Assembly (NCBI GenBank): GCA_001661245.1
Contig: KV454016.1
Span: 495,381 to 559,380, forward strand
From: Pachysolen tannophilus NRRL Y-2460
Lineage: Eukaryota
Direction of reading: 5' to 3'
Length of the DNA stretch: 64,000 bases
Position numbers and translations under genes: made by a program. Below the pieces are notes generated by a model. The model saw only the letters and a list, made by a program, of their open reading frames with translations. It did no database searches and had not been told where the DNA came from. Below are positions 37,129 to 47,673 of this stretch, one piece after another (positions within the stretch are counted from its first letter, which is position 1; each line of letters begins with the position of its first letter).

Positions 37129-38241
37129 TTACTTCCAGAATTTAAACCATGGACGCGAATGAAGTTTTTTACTAACTCCTTTAAAGTGTTCCATTTCGCT
37201 CCAACAATCTCTTCCATATTCGCACCCAGCCATATTTATGACGAAATCTCTATCATGTTCACTATAGAAATATCTTGGATCTTCTGCGTATTCGTAGCAC
37301 GCTCCTGTTGGGAAAGAATTTATCAGTCTTAATGGTAAGAAAGCTGTTCTTTCTCTAACCCAACTTCCATTTGAGTATAAACATTCCAATGCGTCTTGTT
37401 CTTTGTGTTCCCATTGCATATGTCTTTGTTCGTATAATACAGGATCCCACCACGCGTCTAATAAACATTCTGTCCACAGAGATCTTCTTATGAAAAAAGA
37501 ACCAAGATTGAAACCACCACAATCTTGAGTCACTATAAGGTCAATTGGTTGTGTATAATCAACATATGGGATATCAATTTTTAAATTCAAAGGGTTAAAT
37601 TCTTCAAGAGATCTATAAGTTACATTATCCAAATGATTAAAAACATGATCTTCTAATGAAATTTGAGGTTCCATAATATATGTATGTAAATCTAACCACC
37701 AAAACCATTCTGCATTTGGGTATTGTCTCATTGTTTGTTTGATGATATCTACTTTTTCCCAACCTTCTCTCCATTCATGACTATATCTTCTTTTTAAAGT
37801 CATATCTTTTATTGTAAGTCCATATCCATGTTTTTCAGCATAATGCCTTTTATTTATAATTGATGATCTTTCAACTGACCATTCTTGAGCACCTTTCCAT
37901 TTCAAAACACCACCTCCTTCATTTGCTGCCAATATTATAACAACATTTGGATCTGTTATTGTAAATTTTGGAATATCAAAAGGTAAAGGTAATGATGTGA
38001 AATTTAAAACTAACATCAATAATAGTAATAACAGAGTAATTTTTTTATAATTATCTATAACATCTCTGACAAATTCTTTTAATGTCCTAGTTATATAATT
38101 CCCACCATTGATTGAGGTATATTCTTGGAAACTATTAACAGCAATATCATCATCATCATCACTTTTGAATTTTTTCTTTGTAGTTGATATAAACGGTAAT
38201 CTCCAACTCCTTAGCAGTCTACCACCACCAAAACCTAACAT
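37129..38241 (-). CDS. MNN10: Golgi alpha-1,6-mannosyltransferase Mnn10 (GT34)
   Basis: Type II TM anchor, VIILAANEGGGVLKWK, EWFWWLD, QDCGGFNLGSF, WEHKEQDALE. Confidence 0.92.
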   Translation of the reverse strand: MLGFGGGRLLRSWRLPFISTTKKKFKSDDDDDIAVNSFQEYTSINGGNYITRTLKEFVRDVIDNYKKITLLLLLLMLVLNFTSLPLPFDIPKFTITDPNVVIILAANEGGGVLKWKGAQEWSVERSSIINKRHYAEKHGYGLTIKDMTLKRRYSHEWREGWEKVDIIKQTMRQYPNAEWFWWLDLHTYIMEPQISLEDHVFNHLDNVTYRSLEEFNPLNLKIDIPYVDYTQPIDLIVTQDCGGFNLGSFFIRRSLWTECLLDAWWDPVLYEQRHMQWEHKEQDALECLYSNGSWVRERTAFLPLRLINSFPTGACYEYAEDPRYFYSEHDRDFVINMAGCEYGRDCWSEMEHFKGVSKKLHSRPWFKFWK

Positions 38242-38705
38242 ATTCCTCTTGTTTTATTCTATTCTATTCTATTTTAATGAGAAAAAAATATTTTTCTTTT
38301 AAGGTTCTTCCTCTATAATGATAAATGTGTTGAAATAAATTTTAAATATCAATCTCTATATTTTTTAACTTTGATTTTGTTTTTGTTAGTTTATAAAATG
38401 GAAAAATTGATTTCCACGTCTCTATTACCCTACAGCAAAATACAAGCACTAACAACAACAAAATCTAATAGTATTTTGCTAAAATAAAAGAAGAAGAAAG
38501 AAAAAAAAAGAAAGGTAAACCAAATAACTATGAATTAGTGTTTGTGCTTATTAATTTCGTCTTTAAAGAATTTTATAATTTGGTACGGTAATTGGTGCCT
38601 GGAATAAATTAATTGTAAATAGCAGTGTTGATGTCATATTAATTGAACACTTTGTTTTTTTGTCTTTTTGTATTTTTGTATTTTAAAGAAAGAAAGAAAA
38701 AAAAC

Positions 38706-38888
38706 TGTCACATCTTTGTGTCATATTATGTGTGTCACAAAGATGTGTCACAACAGTGACGCATTTTTTGATTTTTTTTTTTTTGTCACACCTGAGTGTC
38801 ACAAAAGTGTGACATAATTGTGTCACATTTGTGCCGCTCTTGTCACAGTGTCACAATACTAATGCGTCACTTACAGAAACGTCACGTG
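38706..38888. promoter_or_regulatory. Dense GTCAC/TGTCACA motif array with nested inverted repeats; includes an MSE/Sum1-like site (AGTGTCACAAAAG) and an E-box (GTCACGTG)
   Basis: 12 GTCAC/GTGAC copies in ~180 bp in the MNN10/kinase divergent spacer; regulatory role is inferred. Confidence 0.6.
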
Positions 38889-39424
38889 GTAGCATATTTC
38901 CTTATTTAGAAATTTGTGTACCACAAACACTTCTTTTTGAACGTCTTTCTGTTTTTTTTTTTGCTTTTTAGGTACACCACACCATAATAATATCTTCTTT
39001 TTTACAGTATACATAATATATAAAATTGTAATATAATAAATATATCAAGGTAAGAAGGTAGTAGTAGGTAAGGTAAGGTAAATTTAAAATAATCACAAGT
39101 TTTTTTTTTTTTTTTTTTTAATTAATTTCTTTCTTTTCTGGTTTAAATTTTGTTTGATTGAATATCATTGAGTTAGTCAGTGAGTTAGTGGTTGAGTGAG
39201 TGAGTGAGAGTGTGAGACAGAGAAAGTGTGTTATTTTGTTTTAATTTTTTTTTTTTTTTTAAAAAAATTTATTGACTCCTTCTTGTAAGCGTTTCATACT
39301 ATTTTCCTGTTAAAAAAAAAAATTAATTGAAAAAAAAAAAAAAATTTGGAAGGAAAGGAAAGGAGAAGGAAAAGGAAAAGGAAAAGGAAAAGAAGGGAAA
39401 AAAAAAGAAGAGGGTATATGAAAT

Positions 39425-42400
39425 ATGAATCGTATGAATCGGTGTTATATAGATAATAGAAATGCAAAAGCACTGTTGGCTGAAAGTTATACAAAGCTTT
39501 CTGAAAGATTTTCAAGTTTTACAAATATAACAGAAGTTGGAAATTATTGTATATTAGAACAAATTGGTGAAGGATCATTTGGGAAAGTTTTCTTGGCAAT
39601 ACATAAATTTTTACATACAAAAGTTGTATTAAAACAAGGTCATAAAAATGATCCAAATGTTGTTCGTGAAGTTTATTATCAAAAAGAATTTAATCATCCA
39701 AATATTACTAAATTATATGAAGTGATTGTATCTGATAATTTTATCTATACAGTATTAGAATATTGTCCTGAAAAAGATTTATATGATTATTTAGTATCAT
39801 CAAAGAGAATTTCAGTATCAAAAGTTAAAAAATTATTTGCACAACTTTGTAGTAGTGTTTATTATATTCATCAATTAAATTCATGTCATAGAGATTTAAA
39901 ATTAGAAAATATATTGTTGGATAAAAAGAAAAATATTAAACTTTCAGATTTTGGATTTACAAGAGAATTACCATTTAGTAATTTTAGTAATGCAAATTTA
40001 AATTTAGAATCCAATAATAGAAGTAATGGAAGTAGTATTAATGTTACAGGATCTTCTATAAATAATGGGTTTTTAGAAACTATATGTGGTACAACTCAAT
40101 ATATGGCTCCTGAATTAATTGAAAAAAATCCTTATTCAGGTACACAAATTGATATTTGGGCATTAGGAATCATATTATATACAATGTTATATGGTCATAT
40201 GCCATTTGATGAAGATGATGATGATGATTTAAAGACAAAATATAAAATAATAAATGAAGAACCTTATTATAAAGATGATATTCCATCAAGTGCAATTGAA
40301 TTGATTAAAATATTATTACAAAAAGATACTTCAAAAAGACCATGCTCATTAGTTTCAATTTTACAACATCCTTTTTTACAACCTTATGGTTCAAAACAAT
40401 TTGAATTAACAAATCAATTAATTAAAGATTTAAATCAATGTAAACCATTCCAAACTAAGATTGAAAGAAATTTATTGAAAAAACTTTCAAGACTTTATAT
40501 AGATATTAATTCTCTTGCTGAAAGTGTTATATTGAAAAAATGTGATCCATTAATGGGGTTTTGGGAATTGTTATTGGAAAAGGAAAAAACCAGATATTTG
40601 AAAAGTAAAAGAAGAAAGATACGAAGTAGTAGCAGAAGTAGTAGAGGAAAAAGTGTTTTGAAATTAACTTCTGGAAATTCAGCGAATTCAACAGCAGTTA
40701 CAAATACAAATACAAATACAAATATAAATAATAATAATACTTCATCGGGATTAAATTTCCCAATATTTTCAAATGGTTCAAGAAGAAGTAGTTTTGGTAA
40801 CGGTAAGGATACATTATCCCTGATAATTTCAACTAATACAGGTGGTGCGAATAATTCCGAAACTAATAATCAAATTACTAATTTCAATGCTGAATCATCA
40901 CCATTAATAAGGAAACCACAATTACTTAATAATTTTAATAAAACTAATACTCTGAACAATTCCGCTTCTTCATCTCCAACAAAATCAACAAATACAGCAA
41001 CAACAAAAGTGGATACTTTACAAACACTGTGTTCAAACTCTTCAACCGCATTTGCAAAAAATAGCAATAATAGTAATAATAGCAATAATAATCAAAATAA
41101 TAACAACAACAACAACAACAATAATAATAATAGACAGAGATCAATGTCTCTTAATTCCTTGAATCAGAGTAAAAATGCGGTTAACAACATTTTACTGAAA
41201 TTATCTGTAAAATTTTGGGTTGGTAAAGTTAAAAAGGGAAACAATAAAAACAATGGTGATAATTACGATAAGAATAATTTGAGCGCAGACAGAATAAATA
41301 GTAATAATTCGTCACTAGAGAAAGGAAGTAATAACTCAATTAATTCTGGGCCCGGATTGGATAATGATAGGAATATAGTTGACGGCAGCCACAACCGAGA
41401 TACTACAATTGTATCTGGTGAAAAGAACAATGGTAATATTAGAAATAATGATCACGGTGAAAAGTACAGCAATAATGCAGTGGTATTCCACAAAAAACTG
41501 ATCAGTATTGAATTACCTGGTTATCGAAACAGCGAGAGCTCAACTCCAACTCCTGCTTCACCTAGAGAAGGTCCACCATTAACGCCTCTGTCTACTAGTA
41601 ATGCTTCATTTTCTGGAAGTAATAATAATATCAATGGCAACAACAATAACAACAACAACAACAATAGTAATAATAATAATATTAATAATAATAATAACAA
41701 TAATAATAATAATAATAATGCTGGTAATGCTTTAAGACAAAGATTGAGTACCGGCAGTAGCAATAGAATTAAATTAAGACCGGCTTCTGTGGTTTCTAAT
41801 TTTTCTTCGTTTTCACAATTAACTACAATGTCAGAAACTTCATTAGGTTCAGGTTATAATACATCTTACTCAACTGAGAATAACAATACAGTTATCAATA
41901 ATAGTAATAGTACTTTTAACGGTGGTAACAGACCACCGTACCATAGAGCAAAATCCAGTGATTTTTCTGTGAATTCAAGACAGACAAATGGTGGGTTTAA
42001 TAGTAAGAATTCGGATTTTTTCTACAATTGTGATAATAACATTGATTCTTCGAATTCTTCTACAACCAATATCACAAGAACTAATTCAATAGAAAGTTCA
42101 TCACGTCCGAATTCCATTAAGATTATTCGTGGTAGATCAAAATCGAGGAATTCTTTGAATAGAAAGAAGCAACATGTTCCCGGTCATGGTCATGGTCATG
42201 GCCATAATAAAAGTAGCAATGGATTTTTGAAAAGGGGTAAATCACCTTTAGGTTATTCTAAATTTCCAATGATGAATAGTAATATGTATAGAAAAAAATT
42301 TAGTTTCAACTATGGTTCTAATGGTGATAAGAGACCTAAATCATCGATCATGGAAGGGGATAGTCTCGACAGCAGTTCAACAAGTTTACCCAATTTGATT

Positions 42401-42865
42401 AATGAGAATGTTGAAGATGGTATTGATCTTAAGAGTTCTAGTCCTCCTGATGAAACTATCTCAATGGCAGTCAAGCATTCTTTAAAACCAAACAGTTCAA
42501 ATCCAATAATTTTAGCTGATATTATTGAGGATAACAATAATTCAAATATCATTGGCAGTAAAAATTTAGAATTTGAAGATCTCGGCGATGAAACTGCTGA
42601 AGATGATCTATTAGAAGAAAGAGAAGAACTTTCCACTGGGGAACCAGATGATTATTTCCATGATAATGAGAAAAATAATGGCAATAATGAAAATAATAAT
42701 TACATTGCAAATAATACAACTGCGTCTCCAATTGACAGGACCCATGTTCCAAAAAGCATGCATGGTTTAGGAATAGGTAACCATGATAAAAGCATGAAAG
42801 GTACAGCTGATGCTGTTAATGATTTGAAAGATGTTGATATCGACATCAAAAAGCAATTCGAATGA
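39425..42865 (+). CDS. Ser/Thr protein kinase, CAMK group, YPL150W-like, with long N/S-rich tail
   Basis: IGEGSFGKV, HRDLKLEN, DFG, APE; N-terminal TEVGNY and KNDPNVVREV resemble Ypl150w. Confidence 0.88.
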   Translation: MNRMNRCYIDNRNAKALLAESYTKLSERFSSFTNITEVGNYCILEQIGEGSFGKVFLAIHKFLHTKVVLKQGHKNDPNVVREVYYQKEFNHPNITKLYEVIVSDNFIYTVLEYCPEKDLYDYLVSSKRISVSKVKKLFAQLCSSVYYIHQLNSCHRDLKLENILLDKKKNIKLSDFGFTRELPFSNFSNANLNLESNNRSNGSSINVTGSSINNGFLETICGTTQYMAPELIEKNPYSGTQIDIWALGIILYTMLYGHMPFDEDDDDDLKTKYKIINEEPYYKDDIPSSAIELIKILLQKDTSKRPCSLVSILQHPFLQPYGSKQFELTNQLIKDLNQCKPFQTKIERNLLKKLSRLYIDINSLAESVILKKCDPLMGFWELLLEKEKTRYLKSKRRKIRSSSRSSRGKSVLKLTSGNSANSTAVTNTNTNTNINNNNTSSGLNFPIFSNGSRRSSFGNGKDTLSLIISTNTGGANNSETNNQITNFNAESSPLIRKPQLLNNFNKTNTLNNSASSSPTKSTNTATTKVDTLQTLCSNSSTAFAKNSNNSNNSNNNQNNNNNNNNNNNNRQRSMSLNSLNQSKNAVNNILLKLSVKFWVGKVKKGNNKNNGDNYDKNNLSADRINSNNSSLEKGSNNSINSGPGLDNDRNIVDGSHNRDTTIVSGEKNNGNIRNNDHGEKYSNNAVVFHKKLISIELPGYRNSESSTPTPASPREGPPLTPLSTSNASFSGSNNNINGNNNNNNNNNSNNNNINNNNNNNNNNNNAGNALRQRLSTGSSNRIKLRPASVVSNFSSFSQLTTMSETSLGSGYNTSYSTENNNTVINNSNSTFNGGNRPPYHRAKSSDFSVNSRQTNGGFNSKNSDFFYNCDNNIDSSNSSTTNITRTNSIESSSRPNSIKIIRGRSKSRNSLNRKKQHVPGHGHGHGHNKSSNGFLKRGKSPLGYSKFPMMNSNMYRKKFSFNYGSNGDKRPKSSIMEGDSLDSSSTSLPNLINENVEDGIDLKSSSPPDETISMAVKHSLKPNSSNPIILADIIEDNNNSNIIGSKNLEFEDLGDETAEDDLLEEREELSTGEPDDYFHDNEKNNGNNENNNYIANNTTASPIDRTHVPKSMHGLGIGNHDKSMKGTADAVNDLKDVDIDIKKQFE

Positions 42866-43231
42866 ATAAATTTAAAACAACAAAGCAAAAAAGTTGGAAA
42901 AAGGAAAACCCCTCGAAACTAATTCAAGTTGGCCAAGTTAGCTTTCTTTTCCATTATTCATTTAATAGATTTTTACATTTTTTTTAAAACATTTTTTAAA
43001 ATGTATGTATGCATTTCGTATATCGGACTTATTAAAACTAATTTTTACAAATAAAAAAAAAAAGGTTTATTTATTCTTAGAGATAAACAACTTCCTTCTT
43101 CATAGCTAAGATGCTGTTACCAATTCGATGCGAATGGCTAAAGCATCTGACGAACTTATCGGAAGATGATGATTCATGTGACTACTGAAATTAAACCACC
43201 TCTCAAAGTTAAAAGAAATCGCAGAGCAAAA

Positions 43232-43740
43232 ACGCGAAAAAAGCGCGTAAACGAAAAGATCTCGTGATCAGATCTTCCAAATGCGGAAGGAAGTAAACAA
43301 GCAAGGGCAAGCCAGAGACAATGTTATTTGCCACACAATGATTTGAATCTGATCACCCAATATCATAAAACCAAAGAAAAAAGAAAAAGAAAAAAGGTTC
43401 TAAACGATATTAAACTTCAACTGAAAATCATTAACCGCCACTACTATGAGAATCAATGATCAGTTGTATGGATTGACACTTGTAAAGTTTGCGTGTTTGC
43501 GTGTTTGCGTAGTAGTTCTCGGAGTGAGCAGAGGGGCAAATTACAACTTCTCGAAAGGGCAAATAAAACACGTAAAATTTTTTTTTTTTTTCTTTTTCTT
43601 TTTTGCTCTTTATTACCTCTCGTAAAGAAGAAAAGAACTAGTAATAAAGAAGTAATATAATAGTAAATAAGTAGGTATTTAATATAGAAATAAATCATTT
43701 GTTTATATCTCATCTTTTGATGTTTGACGCGTTTTGTGAC
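43232..43740. promoter_or_regulatory. RNR2 promoter with MCB/SCB-like CGCG elements
   Basis: ACGCGAAA at 43232, GCGCGT near 43243, (GTTTGCGT)x3 at 43487-43510, ACGCGT at 43727. Confidence 0.55.
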
Positions 43741-43945
43741 CTTTTCAATTTCCAATTTTTTTATATATAAGTTGTGATATTTCCATTTTTAAAGATCAAG
43801 GTATTTATTTGGATTTTATTTTTTAAAAATTTAATTTTTATTCATTCATTCATTCATTCATTTATTTTTTTACTTTGGTTGAGTTAATTGCTTTTACCAT
43901 TTATAAAAATATAATAACAATTATAAATATAAATATAAGTATATA

Positions 43946-45229
43946 ATGTCTATTCAGGAAACACCTTCAAAAGCGGCTGCTAATATGTTGTCGAACTTGG
44001 ATTTGGACGTTTCAAAGAAAGATTTGACTGAACAATTATCAAAGGCTGCTGCTAGAAAAGAAGCTTTAGCTGGTGCTAAAGAAGCTGGACAAGGAGCCGA
44101 TGGTGAAAATGGATTAGATTCCAACAACAAGACTGGTGCTGATGCTGCTAATGCAGCTGTTGCTCCTGCAGCTGTGGATGAATCACATATTGATTTTTTA
44201 AATCAACATAAAGTCCATCGTCATAAGTTGAAAGAATTGGAAAAAGATGAACCATTATTATCAGAAAATAAACGTCGGTTTGTCTTATTTCCAATTAAAT
44301 ATCATGAAATTTGGCAAATGTATAAGAAGGCTGAAGCTTCATTCTGGACCGCTGAAGAAATTGATTTGGGTAAAGATATGCATGATTGGAATAATAAGAT
44401 GACTGAAAATGAAAGATATTTTATTTCAAGAGTTTTAGCCTTTTTCGCTGCTTCAGATGGTATTGTTAATGAAAATTTAGTTGAAAATTTTAGTGCTGAG
44501 GTTCAAGTTCCAGAAGCAAAATGTTTTTATGGATTTCAAATCATGATGGAAAATATTCATTCAGAAACTTATTCATTATTGATTGATACTTATGTTAAAG
44601 ATCCAAAAGAAGCCGAATTTTTGTTTAATGCTATTGAAACAATTCCATGTATCCAAGAAAAAGCTGATTGGGCTTTAAGATGGATCAATGCTGATGAGAA
44701 ATTATTTGGTGAAAGATTAGTTGCCTTTGCCGCTGTTGAAGGTATTTTCTTTTCAGGTTCATTTGCATCAATCTTTTGGTTAAAGAAAAGAGGTTTAATG
44801 CCTGGTTTAACTTTTTCTAATGAATTAATTTGTAGAGATGAAGGTTTACATACAGATTTTGCATGCTTATTATTTGCTCATTTAAGTAATAAACCAAATG
44901 AAGCTATTGTTGAAAAAATTATTACTGAAGCTGTTGAAATTGAAAAAAGATATTTTACTGATGCTTTACCAGTTTCATTATTAGGTATGAATGCCAAATT
45001 AATGTGTCAATACGTTGAATTTGTTGCAGACAGATTATTAATTGCATTAGGTAACAAAAAAGTCTTTAACGTTTCAAATCCATTTGACTTTATGGAAAAT
45101 ATTTCCTTAGCAGGTAAGACGAATTTTTTCGAAAAAAGAGTTTCTGACTATCAGAAAGCAGGTGTTATGGCCAAATCTAAAAAAGATGAAAAGCCACAAG
45201 ACTCATTCGCCTTTGATGAAGATTTCTAA
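43946..45229 (+). CDS. RNR2: Ribonucleotide reductase small subunit, catalytically intact type
   Basis: [21 protein letters not shown] (radical Tyr), EGIFF, RDEGLH iron ligands, terminal FDEDF. Confidence 0.96.
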   Translation: MSIQETPSKAAANMLSNLDLDVSKKDLTEQLSKAAARKEALAGAKEAGQGADGENGLDSNNKTGADAANAAVAPAAVDESHIDFLNQHKVHRHKLKELEKDEPLLSENKRRFVLFPIKYHEIWQMYKKAEASFWTAEEIDLGKDMHDWNNKMTENERYFISRVLAFFAASDGIVNENLVENFSAEVQVPEAKCFYGFQIMMENIHSETYSLLIDTYVKDPKEAEFLFNAIETIPCIQEKADWALRWINADEKLFGERLVAFAAVEGIFFSGSFASIFWLKKRGLMPGLTFSNELICRDEGLHTDFACLLFAHLSNKPNEAIVEKIITEAVEIEKRYFTDALPVSLLGMNAKLMCQYVEFVADRLLIALGNKKVFNVSNPFDFMENISLAGKTNFFEKRVSDYQKAGVMAKSKKDEKPQDSFAFDEDF

Positions 45230-45793
45230 TCTAACTATATCTAAAGGTTTATGTTATGTTTCTTGTTCGGTGTCCATTTATTGAATTTCTATTTTCTACT
45301 AGGTTTCTAATTTTGTTTCGGTTCTAATGATTTTTTTTCTTGTTCTCTTTTTTTTTTCACGATATCCATAAAAAATCACTTGGCTTCATCTAATAGGTTG
45401 ATCCAGATAGCCACAGCTAACCTTTTGTATATTAATTAATATAGTTTTATATCATATGGTCTAAGTATACTTTGTACTTTTATACTATCATTATTAATTG
45501 GGTCACAACACGACCCAATTTGGTCACTAAAAAATTTTTTTTGTTTTTTCATTTTCATTTTAACATAACTGAAAAGAAATAAATACACAATTAACAACTA
45601 TTCAACTTGAAATCAAATCAAATGATTAATAACTAAATTCTGAACAAGCAGAAAATAAAAAAAAAAAAAAAAAAAAAAAAAATGAATTAAATAAATATAA
45701 TTAGTAGCGCTTAATTGGTGGATTTTTGATTTTTATAGCTGCTAGTTTTTTTTTTTTTTTTTTTTTTTTTTTTGTTGCTGTTTTGATACCTTG

Positions 45794-47423
45794 ATGAGTT
45801 TGGAGTCTGGTGAAAATTTGGATTTTAAAAGTCAACGATCAGATATGCGTTTACGCACTTATTCAGTATGTTATTTTCTTAAAAATGAAAGAAAATAGAT
45901 GAATGATTTTAAAAAATTTCCTTTTCTTTTTTTTCTTTATTAAAATTTCTTGGATGATTGATTCAAACTAACAAATTTCAATTTTATAATAGGATGCTGT
46001 AAAAGCTTTAAATACGCTTCAATCAAATTTTGCTACAGTGGAAGCAATACGGAAATCAGGTAATAGGAAAAATGTTAAGACACTATTAGAAATGTATGAA
46101 TGGACAAGGAGAATGGGGTATAAGGAAGAAGAATTTGATAAATTGAATATAATTCATGTTACTGGAACGAAGGGGAAAGGATCTACTTGTTCTTTTGTTG
46201 AATCTATTATTTCTCAATATAAAGATGGTAAAAGAATAAGTAAGATTGGATTATATACATCTCCTCATTTAAAATCAGTTAGAGAAAGAATTGTAATTAA
46301 TGGGAAATCAATAAGTGAAGAATTATTTACAAAATATTTTTTTGAAGTATGGGATAGATTATCAACAACAGAAAGTGATTTAAATGAATTTCCAGAATTA
46401 GGAACTGGTGTTAAACCTTTATATTTTAAATATTTGACCTTGTTAAGTTTCCATATCTTTATGAAAGAAGGTGTAAATACCGCTATTTATGAAGTTGGTG
46501 TTGGTGGTGAATTAGATTCAACAAATATTATTCATTGTCCAACTGCATGTGGAATTTCATCTTTAGGTATCGATCATACTTTTATGCTTGGAAATACTAT
46601 AGAAGAAATTGCTTGGAATAAAGCTGGAATTTTTAAAAAAGGAACTTCTGCATTTACAGTTCCACAAGTTCCAGAAGCAATAAAAGTTATAATAGATAGA
46701 GCTAAAGAGAAAGAAGTTAAATCTTTCCAAATAATTGAACCAAGATCAGATTTAAAAGAAATCAAATTAGGTATTCCTGGTATTTTCCAAATTGGTAATG
46801 CTTCTTTAGCTTGTGCTTTAGCTTCTGCCCATTTAACAAAATTAGGCTTTGAAAATGTAGATATATCAACTACATTACCTGCTGAATTTATCAAAGGTTT
46901 AGAAGAAACAACCTTGATGGGGAGATGTCAATTGATAAAAGAAGGTGATAACATTAATTGGTATATAGATGGTGCACATACAAAGGAAAGTGTTAAAGTT
47001 TCTGCAAATTGGTTCAAATCAGTCTCCAAGAGAAACAAGAGAGTGTTGATGTTCAACCAACAAACAAGAGATTATGAGACATTGATCAAAATTTTATATA
47101 ACAACGTCTATCCCGATATAACATTTGATCACGTTATATTCACTACAAATGTTACTTGGTCATCGGGAGATTATTCTGCTGATTTGGTATCAATGAATAC
47201 AAATAAAGATTCAGTTGATAAATTGGAAGTACAGAAAAACTTGGCTGAAATCTGGAATGAATTAGATAAAAACAGTAGGAAACATATCTTTCATGATATT
47301 CAAACTTCTGTAAATTTTACAAGATCTTTGGAAGGACCAATCGATGTGTTTGTATGTGGCTCTTTGCATTTAGTTGGTGGTTTCTTGGTGGTATTAGACG
47401 GAGACAACAAACTACAAGCATGA
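45794..47423 (+). CDS. MET7: Folylpolyglutamate synthase; exon 1 45794 (or 45845)-45865, intron 45866-45992, exon 2 45993-47423
   Basis: GTATGT donor, AACTAAC branch, TAG acceptor. Splicing restores RTYSDAVKALNTLQSN. Motifs HVTGTKGKGS, YTSPHL, EVGVGG, DGAHT, GSLHLVGG. Confidence 0.9.
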
Positions 47424-47673
47424 GATAATACAATACTTCAAACAAACTCGACATTTATAGATTTATAATCAATTATTTAACTCCTTTATCAATCAATTTA
47501 ACCAACCAATCTTTCTCTGTTTTGGTTCTAAACCAAATAATTTGGTCGTGTAAGAGGAAAAACATCCATTTGTAAAGCAACGTCTAATAAATTGAAAATA
47601 TGAAACCGAATTGTTAAATAAAATCTATATAATATCTATAAAGATATATGAATAACTCTTCAATAATTGAGCT

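Noticed and set aside
38881..39010. GTCACGTG followed by AT-rich DNA as a point centromere (CDEI-CDEII)
   Set aside because: No CDEIII CCG motif at the expected distance, and this does not look like a Saccharomycetaceae genome; better read as an E-box.
39049..39082. Tandem GGTAAG motifs as the donor of a 5' UTR intron of the kinase gene
   Set aside because: No convincing CTAAY branch plus YAG before ATG 39425.
43166..43188. C/D snoRNA guide CATGTGACTA-CTGA complementary to the 18S 5' end
   Set aside because: Only 10 nt with a G:U pair; the D+5 rule points to C25 rather than the known Am28; no complete C/D layout seen.
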